Positions 1 to 13,074 of a DNA stretch of 64,000 bases are shown here, piece by piece. Within the stretch, counting starts at the first letter, position 1. Every line of letters starts with the position of its first letter. The notes under the pieces are model-generated. The model worked only from the letters and a program-made list of their open reading frames with translations, made no database searches and was not told the DNA's origin. Where the stretch lies: positions 124,001-188,000 of the forward strand of contig NW_026867526.1 in NCBI RefSeq assembly GCF_020745735.1, read 5' to 3'. A program made the position numbers and the translations under genes. The stretch is from Hemiscyllium ocellatum. Taxonomy: Eukaryota.

Positions 1-563
1 GTACTTTCACTTTATTTACCTAGCTGCATTTTTTAATTTCTTCATAGAGCAGGGGAGAAAAAAAACAAACAAAAGCATCTTAAATTAATCTACAAACGTG
101 ATGGAAATGTACACTAATTTTATAGACATCCACTACCCACTGTGTAAACATCACCACCCCAAACCAGGCTAAATCAGCCTGACTCGAGTTCCTCGTTCAT
201 TCATCCCTATTGTAGCATTCTTACCAGAATTTATTCTCCTCCCTCATCCACTACTTACAGAGAGCATCTTAAAGAAGCTCAGTGAGACCACGTTTATCCC
301 AGTTCATCAAATGTGATACCCACTTGGTCTGTGGTCTGATCCCATAAATGAAGTTAAAGAGCTCAGTACCAGATAAAAATCGATGTCGTACAATGTCCAA
401 GGCCAACAGGTCATTCCTGATCAGGAAATGAAGCATTGAACGCATTCTGATTTATTTTCAAGTAAGGGTCCCTGCTTATTTTAACCACGTCATTTTGAGA
501 CCACATCATCATGAGATAGAGGATCAGAATAAGGCTGTTCGGCCAATCCAGAGTTTAGATCAG

Positions 564-1010
564 AATGATGCTGGAAAAGCACAGCAGGTCAGGCAGCATC
601 CAACAAGCAGGAAAACCGACGTTTCGGGCTAAAGCCATTCTACTGTCTTCTCCCCACACTAAACAAGAGCCAAACTATCTCTGGCTTGAATATACACAAT
701 GGCCTGGTCTCCACAGCCCTCTGCAGCAACAAGTTCCACAGATTCATCACCCTCTGGCTGAAGAAATTCCTCCCCATCTCAGTTCTAAACGATGCCCCTT
801 TGACCCTGAGACTGTGCCCTTGGGTCCTAGTCTCGCCTACCAGTCAAAACATCTATTCCACGTTCACTCGACCTCAGTCTCTCAGTATTTTTTATGTTTC
901 AATGAGATATCTCTCCAATATCGCCCCTCCACCCCCAAACTTATCCTTGAAGCCACTACCAGGCAAGGATTCAGCACTCTGAATGCCTCTCCCAGCAAGG
1001 TCAGGCAACA
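564..1010. mobile_element. Penelope-type terminal fragment plus CR1 LINE 3' fragment
   Basis: ctggaaaagcacagcaggtcaggcagcatcc terminal motif at 571-610 is shared with many copies in the window. 686-1000 resembles the reverse complement of the CR1 ORF2 3' end. Confidence 0.65.
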
Positions 1011-1254
1011 AACTATTTAACAAAGCTCACTGTCTATATATCTATCTTCAACAGAGAGGAAACATGCTTTTCTGACTTGCCAAAATGTTGAATTATGAGC
1101 AATGCTAATGTAACAATCAAACTGAAATGAGATACGTGACATGTTGGGAAACGAGAAGCTGGACCTTGCTGTTTACTACGCCTGATAAATTAGTGTGTTT
1201 GATTCACATCAGAGTTCAGAGTGATTTGTAGCTCTCTCAGTATGTGTCTCTTAC

Positions 1255-1566
1255 CCTGGAGTGCGGTGATGTTTTTACTTTGAACGTTCTCTTCATGAGT
1301 GACCTGGCAGGTATAGACTGCGCTGTTGTACCATTCACCATAAGGGACCATCAGCCGACTCGTCACCGAGAAGTTCCCGTTCGCCTCACACACGGGAGAC
1401 GTGAAGAAGCCAGAATCCAAGAGTCGGCCATTTTTCAACCAACTCACGGAGATTGACTTCGGATGGAAATCGATGATTGAACAGACGACGGTTGCAAACT
1501 TGCTGCTTGCGATTTCTTCACTGGAGCTCACAGTTAGGAGAAGGGTTGGTGGGAGAGGACCTGTAC
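1255..1566 (-). CDS. IGHM: IgM heavy chain constant exon Cmu2
   Basis: Translates (G)[46 protein letters not shown]...[39 protein letters not shown], a C1-set domain (C..W..YxC) matching shark Cmu2. Acceptor tttcctaaAG at 1568-1567, donor G|GTAAG at 1254, 312 nt, phase 1/1. An alternative in-frame acceptor lies 6 nt further in. Confidence 0.95.
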
Positions 1567-1839
1567 CTTTAGGAAACACATCGCATAAATTATCTGATGA
1601 ATTTCATAACAAATACAATCAGTTCTCATATATCAAGGTTTCTTGTGGTTAATGGACACAAGAACCATAATTGTGCAGAGTGCTGGAGAAGCTGGGATCC
1701 ACACAGAAAGATCAGCAGGACAATGTGAAAGGCTAAAATTATAGGGCACAGCAAGGGAGTCAAGGAGGCATAAAAACGATAGGCCGGTAACATCAGAAGG
1801 GAGATAGCAACGTTGGATGGTATTCGTTTTAATGACAGA

Positions 1840-4520
1840 GTCTGATGAACAAGGCAGATGAAATACTGCCATAAATGAGGAAATGATGCGGTTGCTATCA
1901 CGGAGACATATTGAGAGCCGGGCAGGAGTGGCTATTCAATATTCCAGGATTTAATGCCTTCAGGCGAGACAGGGAAAGATGGAAAAGGATGGAGGCGGGG
2001 GTTTGCGGCACAGAATGTTGCTTCTGTCGCAATTCTGACAAGAGTATTTTAGGCTGTAAAGAGAAATGAAATCATGGATACCTCCTCGAACAAAGGCAAA
2101 TGGACAGTACTTCAAAACCAAAATACAGCAACCATCACTACTGGGAGAACACGATAGACCTTACCATAGGTCCAAAAGACCAAGGGCAAAGACATGGGCA
2201 AATTTCAGAGAAATGTTAATTAAATAGGGGAATAAGAAAAGAGGTTTTTAACTTCCTCAGCATAGGCTTGGATATTCATTGTGTCAAAAGTTTAGAGGGA
2301 GCACAATTCTGAAAATGCCCCCAGGAGAATATTTTAACAAAGTATGTGTTAATACGGAGAATTTTAATCCAGACCTTGCAAGAAAGGGGTGAACCTGGAC
2401 TTAACTTTTGGAAATGAAATCGACCCAGTGGGTAAAACATTGGTGCACTTTGCAGACAGTGAGTGTAAATCAGTTGGATTTCAGATTGTACTGCAAAGGA
2501 ATAGAAATTGGTCCAAAGTTCTGAAAAGGGGAAGGACAATTTTAGTAAGAACAGGTAATGACTTAACCAGAGTGGACTGGAAGCTGACACTTATTGGTAA
2601 ATCTGAGTCAGAGCAGTGTGACACATTTAAGGAAGAGATAGGAAAATCACAGGGAGGACATTTCTCAGGAAGCCATTGAATGGGACCAAGAATGTAGCGG
2701 GCTCTGGACACCAAAGGGCATGGAGGGTGAGATAAAGAGAAACAAGGGAGGCTTCTGATCTATACTGAAATCTCAGAACAATAGAAATTAGTATGGAGTA
2801 CAGAACATGAAAGGGGGAGTTTGAAAGACAAAGGAATTAGAAGAGCAAAAGGGACCATGAGAAAATAATAGCAGTCAAAATAAAGGAAAATATTTTTAAA
2901 AGTTACAGGCTCATTCATAATAAAAGAATTATTCGGGAAACAGTAATGCCCATTAAGTGTTATTATTGGAGTGGAGTCGGAGGATTAGGTTGTGGTCAAA
3001 ACAAATGTGTTGTGTCAGTGTTCACTAGTAAGACGGACAATGTGGGGACAGAAATCATGGAGGGGTGTTGTGATGTACTTTCAGAAATTAGGACACATGA
3101 CGTGATGTTCTGTGTTGTCTTGCTGAATGAAAAGTGGTTATATTTCCAGGGCAGATGAAAAGTATACCAAGCGGTTGAGCGATGCAAAGGGTGAAATAGT
3201 TGGGTCGCTGACAATAATTTAGAATTACTGTTTGGCCACAGCAGTTGTGCCAAGTGAGTGTAGATCAGCCAACGTTGCACTGTTACGCAGGACAAAGGAA
3301 GGGATAAATAATGAAAACACAGATCTGTCAAGCTAGTCTCAGTGGTAGGGAAACTATTGAAAAGTGAAATTAGTCTTCATTTGGAAGATAAATCAACAAC
3401 TTTCAGCACGATTTTATTGAGAGAAAGTCATGTGTAACAATTTGATAGTAGTTTTCAGAGAGATAACTCGATGTCCAGATGATAGCAATAATCAGAGCCA
3501 ATGGGATCCGAGTTAATTTGACAGATTGGATCTCGAACTGGCTGAGTGATGGGAGCAGGGGATAATAGTCATCGGGTATCTGCGTGACTGGAAATCTATG
3601 TCTCCTGGTGTTCTGTAGGGATTGGTGTTGATTTCCATGTTATTTCTCTTACATACCAATGATTGAGACTCAAATTTAGGAGGATGAACCAGTGAATTCA
3701 CAGATGAAATGAAAACTGTCATGTTGGTAAGTCATGAGCATTATGGCTTTAGATTGCAGGAGGATATAAAAGGGTTGGTTGTATGTGAAGAGAAGTTGCA
3801 AATGGAAATTATTCTGGATAAATGTAAGGTGATGGAATTTGGCAGAAGAATCTGTGAGGTATGACATTTTGAATGGTGGAACCCTAGAAAGGCCTGAGGA
3901 TCTTTGGTGCATGTACCCACCGTTCCCCTATAGTACTGTGTCATCTGGATAAAGAGACTAAGAAGGTGGGAGGATATTTGCTTTTATTAGCCTAGACATT
4001 GACAATGAAGAACAGGGAGATAATACTGGAACTTAATAGAACACTGGTTAGGCCATACTGACGCGTTGTGTGCATGTTATCGAAGGAATGTGATTACACT
4101 GAAGGCAGTATTGATTAGATTTGCCAGGATCTTGCCTGGGTTGGAGGGTTTTAGTTATGAAACTAGATGAGATAGACAGGGGTTTTCCTTGGAGCAGAGG
4201 AGAATTAGGGAGAAGATTATCATGATGTCTAGAATTATTTTAGGCATAGACTGGGTAAACTGGATCAAACCTTTCCCCTTGATGGAGAGATCAATGCCTC
4301 AGGGGCACAGGGTGAAGGTAAGGCCAGGAGGTTCCAAGTGGATCTCAGGGGAAAACAAAATCAAACAGAGGGTGGTGTTAGCCTGGAGCTCAGCACCTAT
4401 AAGTCATGTCGAAACTGAGCCCTTCACAATAAGTATGAAGTATTGAGATGCATCCTTGCAAGGGCAAGTCACACAAGGCAATGGATCATGTGCTGGCACA
4501 TGGGACTGGAATAGTTAGGT
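1840..4520 (+). mobile_element. Highly decayed CR1/L2-type LINE in the Cmu1-Cmu2 intron
   Basis: Endonuclease-like remnants near 1850-2500 (AITET..., EWLFNIPGFNAFRRDR) and RT/3' remnants at 3240-4520, broken by stops and frameshifts. Confidence 0.7.
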
Positions 4521-4666
4521 GGCTGTTATTGATAGGCGTAAACTGGATGGATCAAAGGGCCTTTTTCCTGTGCTGTATAAGGTGATTCTGTGAAAATGGT
4601 TATAAATAATGCCTTATTCATATTAATCCCAGATGCTCTGTTTATCTCAGTTCCCACAATACGTAC

Positions 4667-4975
4667 CACATGGCATTTCTTTGCTCTTGTGTGAGTGTGA
4701 CCCGCTGTGTTCAACCTCACAGTAGATTTTGCTGGGGCAATCTACCGCTGACCCGGGCAGGGTTAACTGGCTGCTCAGGGTGTAGGTTCCCTTCTTGTTT
4801 CTCACTGATGGGTAAGTCTTCAATCCATCCGTGATTAGCTCCCCACCTTTCTTCCAGGTTACCTTGGTGACGTCAGGAAAATAGTCCATCACCAAACAAC
4901 CAAAGATTGTCGAATCGGTGTTGTGCTCCTCACAGGAGGAGACCAGGCCATAAAGCGTGGGGGGAGATGGTGTCT
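4667..4975 (-). CDS. IGHM: IgM heavy chain constant exon Cmu1
   Basis: Translates (E)[112 protein letters not shown] and [19 protein letters not shown] are hallmark shark Cmu1 motifs. Acceptor ttctattgtAG at 4977-4976, donor GTACGT at 4666, 309 nt, phase 1/1. Confidence 0.95.
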
Positions 4976-5328
4976 CTACAATAGAATGACCAATTGAGCA
5001 TGTTAGTTTCTGTTAATTTGACCTTATCAGTTACTCAAATGTATCCTCAGCTGTAAACATTTGCCAGTATGCTCCCGCTGAAGTCTACAGCATAACTGGA
5101 GTTTATTTTTGTTTCCTACCAGTTGCTGATCATGATCATTGGTTCCCTCTTTAGAAACATGCCCTCGACCTTGACCATTGCCATATCATTTAGGAAGAAG
5201 AACATCCTGATCCCACCCCAGGAACTGTTTGAAGATCTCACCAACTGACACTTTCATTGGATTGCTGTGAAGAGCAGAGAAGTTTCACAAAATACAAAGC
5301 AAGGAAATGCAGATTCATCGAAATTCTA

Positions 5329-5637
5329 CAGTGTAGACAAACAGGCCATTTGGCCCAACAAGTCCACACCCACCCTCTGAAAAGAAACACATCCAGACCC
5401 ATTCCCCTACCCTATTATGCTACAGTTAACCCTGACTAATGCACCAACCTCCCAATCACTGAACACAACATTTGCAATTCACCCAGCTTGTACATCTTTG
5501 GACTGTGGGAGAAAATGCACACAGATGTGGGGAGAAAGTGCCAACTCCACACAGACAGTCACCTGAGGCTGGAATGGAACCCGAGTCCCTAGCACTGTGA
5601 GGCAGCAGCGCTAACCACGGAACCAGCGTGCCGCCCC
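5329..5637 (-). mobile_element. tRNA-derived V-SINE (HE1-like)
   Basis: Reverse complement of the GGGCGGCACG head, GGTTCCATTCC B-box and TGTGTGGAGTT central domain seen in the intact copies at 35481 and 48555. Confidence 0.8.
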
Positions 5638-5703
5638 ACTAGGTACCCTGCTGCTGGAAATACCCAACAGCTGGCAGTACCCCCGGAGAGAAATCAGAGT
5701 GAA

Positions 5704-6000
5704 TCATAGAACATAGAACAGTACAGCGCAGTACAGGCCCTTCGGCCCTCGATGTTGTGCTGCTCTGACATACTAATATAAAGCCCATCCCACCTACACT
5801 ATTCCATGTACATCCATATGCCTGTCCAATGACAACTTAAATGTATTTAAACTTGGACAATCTACTACCGTTGCAGGCAAAGCATTCCCTACCCTTACTA
5901 CTCAATGAGTAAAGAAACTACCTCTGCCATCTGTCTTATACCTCTCTCCCCTCACTTTAAAGTTGTGTCCCCCCGTGTTTGCCGTCCCCATACTTGGAAA
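5704..6000 (-). mobile_element. CR1 LINE 3' end
   Basis: Begins with the reversed (ctatgtt)n tail catagaacatagaacagtacagcg; homologous to 33327-33600. Confidence 0.8.
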
Positions 6001-6065
6001 TCAGGTCCAGTGAGCCTTCCTCACTTATCACTGCAAGGCAGAATGTTCTCTCTGGGAGGAAGGTC

Positions 6066-6066
<1 letters not shown>

Positions 6067-6105
<39 letters not shown>
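6067..6105 (+). repeat. (CAG)13 microsatellite
   Basis: 13 perfect CAG units. Confidence 0.95.
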
Positions 6106-6107
<2 letters not shown>

Positions 6108-6499
6108 CAGGCAGGAGCTGAGCACTGGGACGGGGAGGATGGCTGTCACGGCTGAACTCAGGCCAATTGGCTGGAAGTTGAAACGTCTCATTTTCAATGA
6201 TCTGAATTCTGGAGGCCTCTGAAAAATGGAGAACCATTAAGGTTCAGAGACTTTGGACTGTTACAGCTGAGTATTTACGTAAATATGATTTGAGAAATGA
6301 ACAAGTAATCTTTAACTTTAATAACTATCAAACTGATCCGCAGTTCACCACCAAACCTCATCTCTCAGACTAACCACTGCACTTACTCTGCCTAGACCTA
6401 AATTTCCACTCACATTGACAAACCCTACCCTGCTATACACCCATTCATGCCCAGAACACACAAGCCCTATCACACAAAACACATCCAAGGCAATCCATA

Positions 6500-7170
6500 T
6501 TGGTAGTGCAGCTGAGCAGAGAGATCTCGGTGCCCATGTACATAGATCCCTAAAAGTTGCCAGCCAGTTTGATAGAGTTGTTAAGAAGGCATACTTTGCG
6601 CTGGCTTTCATCGATAGAGGGACTGAGTTTCAGAACCATGAGGTTAGGTTGCAGCTGTACAAAACTCTGGTGTGGCTACACTTGGAGTACTGTGTACTGT
6701 TCTGGTCACCACATTATAGAGAGAATGTGGAAGCTTTGGAAGAGTTCAGAGGAGGTTTACCAGGATGTTGTTTGGTATGGAGGGAATGTTTAATGAGGAA
6801 AGGATGAGGGTCTTGAAGCTGTTTTTGTTTGAGAGAAGAAGGTTGAGAGGTGACTTAATTGAGACATAAAAGATAAACAGAGGGTGGACAGTGAAAGTTT
6901 TTTTCCTTGAATAGTGATGGCTAGCAGGAGAGGACATAGATGACAGATGTCAGAGGTTGTTTCTTTACTCAGAGAGTAGTAGGGCCATGGAACGCACTGC
7001 CTGCAACAATAGTACACTCGCCAACTTTAAGGGCATTTAAAAGGTCATTGGATAAACATATGGATGAAAATGGAATAGTGTAGGATAGATAGGCTTCAGA
7101 TTGATTCCACAGGTCAGCGCAACATCGAGGGCTGAAGGGCCTGTACTGCACTGTAATGTTCTATATTCTA
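6500..7170 (+). mobile_element. CR1 LINE ORF2 3' fragment
   Basis: Translates ...QRDLGAHVHRSLKVASQFDRVVKKAY...LYKTLVWLHLEYCVLFWSPHYR, the CR1 ORF2 C-terminus, and ends in a gttctatattcta tail. Confidence 0.85.
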
Positions 7171-8662
7171 TATTCCAGATGGACATATGATCTCAATTCC
7201 TTTCAGTCATTTACACTCCTGCCACCCTGCACCTGGCCCATGGCGAATCTGGCGCTGACTGGACCTGGCACCATCATTTTCACAACCTCTGACAAAAGCC
7301 CACTACCCAAGGTATGACCTCAGCCCTGACCTGTCATCTTACCCAAGACAACCTGTGCACATTGCATCCTAGCTCCTTTGGCATCTGTGCTTTACAACCT
7401 ACCATTTTGCCAGACTCCGAGCTTTGCATTTTGACAACACGTCCACCTGTCACTTCATTCCAGTGACCTTCCACCCCCGAAACATCCTGGCACTCTGCCC
7501 ACCTCTACACTAACCAGCCTGGCATCCTGCCCACCTCTCCATAAATCAGCCTGGCAAAGACAGACCTCCTGCATTTCAGCTCAAACTACCCCTCACCTAC
7601 CAAGCACAATTCGACCAAATTATCCTGTGACCATTACCATTTACCTTGATGCCACCTTTTGCCAGACAGAGTGCACGCAAGCTTACCCAGCAGCCAGCCA
7701 ACCAGCTTCCCAGCCCAAACTCTCCCACATGCCCAATCTAGCCCCTCACTTGCTCACCACCTTCCAACTTTAAGCCTCCTCCACCATAAAGTCAGTGAGT
7801 CATAAAGTCGTACAGCACAGAAACAGTTCCTTTGGTCCAGCCCAGCCATGCTGACCAGAGTTCCCAAATTAAACTCATTCCACTTGCCTGCCTTTGGCCC
7901 ATATCCATCCAGACCGATCCAGTTCCTGTAGCTGTTCAAATGTCTTCTCAATGTGGGACCGATCTCTGCACTTACCGCTTCCTCTGGCAGTTCATTCCAA
8001 TGTTTTGCACAGTTACAACATGAAGTCCTAACTCCTGCACTCAGTGCTCTGACCAATGAAGGTACATGTGCCAAACACCTTCAACACACTAGGTACTTGA
8101 GACAACGCTTTCAAGAATCGATGAGTCTTGAATCTATGAATTTCTGTGGTGGAGAATTCCAAAAGAATTCACCATTCTTTTGTTGAACAGTCAGGTTCAA
8201 TGTTATCGAGTGTTGGGAAAACTGGTGAGCAGCAAGATTAATCATGATCCCATGAATGGAATAGCCTTCTAGAGAGGCCGAGATGCCTTCTTCAGCTTCC
8301 ATTTTGCATGCTGACATGTCCCTTCGGCAGCATGTTCCAAAATTGTGATCCTTGAGGATAAGGGCACACATGCATGTAAAGCTTTCCTCCAAATCAGACT
8401 TCAGCTTGACTCTCAACTATTTCCCTACCTGTTTCCTCTTCCTCAATCACAGCCATGGGACTCACTTCCTAACAGCGCTGTGAATGTGCTAATACCACAC
8501 AAACTTCAGCAATTCATATAGACTGATGACAACTGGTTTCTCAAGGTGATATAAAAAGTCTGACACTTCCACACCTGTCTAGAGATTCAAACAACCACTG
8601 GAAGAATTGAAAATTACTTGAGGCACTTGTGTGTCTACACAAGATGACATGGTTTCCTTTTT

Positions 8663-8827
8663 TAAAAATCACACAACACCAGGTTATAGTCCAACAGGTT
8701 TAATTGGAAGCAAACTAGCTTTCGGAGTGACGCTCCACCATCACCTGATAAAGGAGCGTCGCTCCGAAAGCTAGTGTGTTTCCAATTAAACCTGTTGGAC
8801 TATAACCTGGTGTTGTGTGATTTTTAA
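8663..8827. mobile_element. Palindromic Penelope-type terminal element (75-bp inverted arms)
   Basis: Arms 8663-8736 and 8753-8827 are reverse complements with only a few mismatches. A single-arm relative lies at 37656-37745. Confidence 0.75.
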
Positions 8828-8967
8828 CTTTGTACACCCCAGTCCAACACCGGCATCTCCAAATCATGGTTTTCTTTTTGTGTGATTTGACTGTGTTTTC
8901 ACTGAATGAACAGAGCTATTTCTTCATCATATAATAGGAATGAAGCTTCCCTCATTTTTAACAACTG

Positions 8968-9160
8968 CTGAAAATGTGTTGCTGGAAAAGCGCAGCAGGT
9001 CAGGCAGCATCCAAGGATCAGGCAGCATCCAAGGACCCTTCCTGAAGAAGGGTTCATGCCTGAAACATCGATTCTCCTGCTCCTTGGATGCTGCCTGACC
9101 TGCTGCGCTTTTCCAGCAACACATTTTCAGCTCTGATCTCCAGTCCTCACTTTCTCCTCA
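8968..9160. mobile_element. Inverted pair of Penelope-type terminal fragments
   Basis: ctgaaaatgtgttgctggaaaagcgcagcaggtcaggcagcatccaagga recurs as its reverse complement at ~9081-9130. The same motif terminates the Penelope-like element at 34325-34690. Confidence 0.75.
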
Positions 9161-11861
9161 TATTTAGCAAGGCAATCACACATTATATTTCTTGATTCCA
9201 GGCAAGTTACAGTGTTAAATTAATGAAATATGATGATTGGGATGTTTCAATTGGAAATTGTCAGAGATTTAAAGTTTACTTTCATGAGCAATTAATTCCA
9301 GCCTCATTGTGTCACAGTACTCACAGGAATGTCTTTCAGAAATGGTGTCTCCCTTTGTTATGGGCAGTCGAATCAGTAAATCTGGGATAGTTTTTGCTTG
9401 TTAAATAAAGGTGTTAAAGAGTTTTAGCCAAAGGGAGACCTGGGGATTGAGCTCACAGATGCATCAAGATCTAAGTAAGTGGGGGAACAGCTCGAGGGGC
9501 TGGTGCCCTCCTCTTGTTCCTACCTTCCTATCATTGTGTCATTCATTAAGCTAGCACTGGCCGTGAGTACTTTTTATTAAAATATTTCAACAAATTAATT
9601 GTTTCACACATGCTTTAAAAAAAAACTTCTGTTGATTATTTGGAACGGGATCATTGACATCCTCTATTTGCGTGATCAAAATAACTTCCACCCAATTACA
9701 GCAGCCACTGCACTCTGCAGTGTGTTGTTACTTCATAATAGTTTCTTGTGAAACTACAGCTCGAGATCAGGGCACTCAAATTCAATAATATCTCTGAGCA
9801 TTCGCAATTTGTTCAAATGCATCTTTTCTCTGAAGAACGTGTTTAATTGAACAGAACGTTTTTCAATGAAACAACAAACTTTAAATGCTAGAAAACCAAA
9901 ATAAAGACAGAAACTTCTGAAGAAACTCAGCAGGTCTAGCAGCTCCTGTGGAGAGAAGGCAAGGTTAACCTTTCGCATCCAAAGACCCCCTCTTCACCAA
10001 ATTGTTTTCATGTTTTTGGTACAAGAGCTCACACCTGTTGAGATAAACAGTGATTACGTTGGCTTGACTCCTGTTGGAAACAGAATTCTTAGCAGAGGTA
10101 CTGGATGGTCTGAGATAGCAATGGAAGACCAACTGAAAAGCTATCACCATCTGCTGCAAGTGTTGGATTCAGCGGAACCCTCACCGTACTGAACTATCAA
10201 ATTCAGCGACAGCACTGGTTTAATATAAAGTAAAACAGCCTCAGCAAAATCTCATCAAATATACTTTGAAAATGATTCATTCAGGATAAGTTAGAAATGA
10301 TATTGTTAGAACAGCAAGTCAAAAGCTGGGATTTCTTTGAGCACTTACTCCATTAACCCCATCTAGCGATGCCCAAAAGCTTGTGAACAAATATTGATCT
10401 GGAAAAAGCTGCTAACCACCAAAATTCTGTTTAATATCTAAGAGACACAAGTCAGGACAAAGATTGAATAGATTTCACTGGCCTCTGTGAGTGGAATTCC
10501 AACAAACACCCAAACATCTCAATCTGCTTTCTTGCATTGAAGTAACCTGATAAGAGATGGTGTTACATACCTCTCTAACAGGTTGTAAGTGAACACAGGC
10601 CACCTGGCACAGAATCAGGGACCCTACTATAACTTCACAACAGACCTGAACACAATGAGCTCGACACTATCACGGAGAACATAGCCACCTGTTTGACAGT
10701 ATATAAACCATGTTAGTTATTAACACCTTCCCACAACCAGGGATTGTTCCAGAATGTTTGTACAATGAAAGTAACATTTCAACATTTATCCAAGAATACT
10801 TTGACAGCAGCTCCAAATTGTTCAACCTCTATGGGAACTACAGAGGAATAAAACTAGGAATTGCATTGCCATCAATTCACTGTCACTGGATTCCAACCTC
10901 GAACTCCCTTCCACTTTCCCCTGGGAATGTTGCTGCACCAGACGGTCTACTGAGTTTGAAAAAGATTAAAATGTTTTGAAGTGTACTATGACCGTTGCCA
11001 GTGACATTAAAAGCTGATAATAGGTTTTCAAATAATAAGATGCAAAAAAAATTCTGATTCTACATTATGCCACAAAACATGTCCTGCATAACTGAGGCAC
11101 AAAGAAAATATGCAACATATTTCCCTCTGCCTCGCTCAATCAAATATCTCTTGTTGCCAACAACCAATTTCAAAACTCTTGCTATCTGCCTTTTGTTACT
11201 GAAACGTTTGTTCTGATTGGAACAACTTAGTCAGGGCTCTCAATTCTGAGGCACCTATTGCATTTCTGGCAGATAAAAGTGGTTTTGAAGCGCAAGATGA
11301 AATTGAACTGTCTGAGATTCAGGTATCCGAACTGGACAATTTACAAATGGTCAGGACCGTTGACAAGTTAGTCAGAGATCGCACTGAAACAAACTGTACA
11401 ACAGACTTAATCCTAGAGGATACATTGCTCAACTCCTCACGTCAAATATCTTCACTCTAAGTGAATATTCATCAGAAGAACTAACCAGTGGATTAACATG
11501 AACGAGAATGTGCTCACAATGAACATAAATAACCACTGAATTAATAAACTTAATAAGTCATTGCATTTAACAAAATTATTGAGGTGGGAAATATCACCAA
11601 TTAAAGCACAGATCTGGAGGAAATGGGTTATTCTCTAAATTATTTTTACATATTCTTAAAATGTTCCTTGAACTGTGGAGATTTTGCATGCACTGCATAA
11701 ACAATACTGCATTCCAGTGTGGAAAGCATTTCTGTTGAAGGAATTAGGGCAAGGTTATTTTCTTGTTAACTGCTTTTAATGAACTAAAATGTTTAAAAAG
11801 GTATGAATTGAAAACATGCTTCTGTCTGGAGTTGCCCACTTTAACGGATGTCTAGGTAAAT

Positions 11862-12150
11862 GTGGCACTGCTGCCTCACAGATCCAGGTACCCAGGCTCG
11901 GTTCCAGCCTCAGGTGACTGCCTATGTGGAGTTTACACAATCTCCCCTGTGTCTGTGTGGATTTCCTCCCACAATCCAAAGATGTGCAAGTCAGGTGAAC
12001 TGGTCATGCTATATTGTCTATAGTGTTAGGTGCATTAGTCAGGGGTAAATATAGGGTAGGGGAATGGGTCTGGGTGGGTTACTCTTCAGAGGGTCAGTGT
12101 GGACTTGTTGGGCCAAATGGCCCAATACATACTGCAGGAAATCTAATCTA
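11862..12150 (+). mobile_element. V-SINE (HE1-like), decayed
   Basis: gcactgctgcctcacag head, tgtggagttt...gtctgtgtggatttcctcccacaatccaaaga core and taatctaatcta tail. Confidence 0.8.
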
Positions 12151-12381
12151 AACGATTGTCACACTTAACTAATGTGAGCAGATTCCTTCCGATCGGTCAA
12201 GTATATTAATTAAAATAAATATTACTCTATTTTCAGTGTCTGAATAAACAATGTGCTCTGTTATCCTCTAGTTCATGTCTTCTGCAAATTTGTGAACTCT
12301 GCATCCGCCTGAACACATCGATGTAAAATGAATTCTCTGCGTTTGCAGCAAGTACTCCCATGGTTTTAAGAGGAGAGTTCC

Positions 12382-12720
12382 TACAGTATGGAAACAGGCC
12401 ATTTGGCCCAACAATTCCACACTGACCCTCTGAACAGTAAGTAGCCCACCCAGACCCATTCCCCCTAATTTATATTTGCCCCTGACTAATGCACCCTAAC
12501 ATACACATCCCTGAACACTATGGCTGTGCTCAATTGCACAATCACCTGACCTGCACTTCTTTTAGACTGTGGTAGGAAACCAGAGCGCCCGAAGGAAACC
12601 CACGCAGACACAGGGAGAATGTGCAAACTCCACACAGGCAGTCACCCGAGGGTGGAATCAAATTTGGGACCCTGGTGCTGTGAGACAGCAATGCCAATCA
12701 CTGAGCCACCATGCTGCCCT
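12382..12720 (-). mobile_element. V-SINE (HE1-like)
   Basis: Reverse complement of the same head, core and tail as 35481-35776. Confidence 0.8.
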
Positions 12721-13074
12721 GCGAGTTCATGAGTGGATTACTTTAATTAATTCGAAATTTGGCCTTGGTCACATAACTCACTAGAGCAGTTGTTTCCGGA
12801 AGAATGACTCTTCAGTTGATATTTCTTTTCATTTCTCACACTTCCGGATTTCTGCCTTAAGTTGTTTTTCAGACCGTTACAAATGGATGTAATGTTTTCA
12901 ATCAAGCAGAGAAAAATGTGTCATATAAGTTTAACAAATGCAGAAATGATTCATGAAAAACAAAAGAACTTCACAAATATTGGTAATGAAAAGTATTCCA
13001 GAGAGTCAATCTCCTCACCAGAAAGAAAACACCAATTCAGAAAGCATGAAAACGCAGATCAATTTCACAAACTG

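Noticed and set aside
4667-4745. Extra cysteines in Cmu1 (AVDCP, EMPC) as a novelty
   Set aside because: Comparable additional Cys residues occur in other shark Cmu1 sequences as I recall, so this is not unusual.
5905-6222. ORF with poly-Gln
   Set aside because: It is a CR1 fragment read through a (CAG)13 microsatellite inside the Ig intron, with no splice or domain support.
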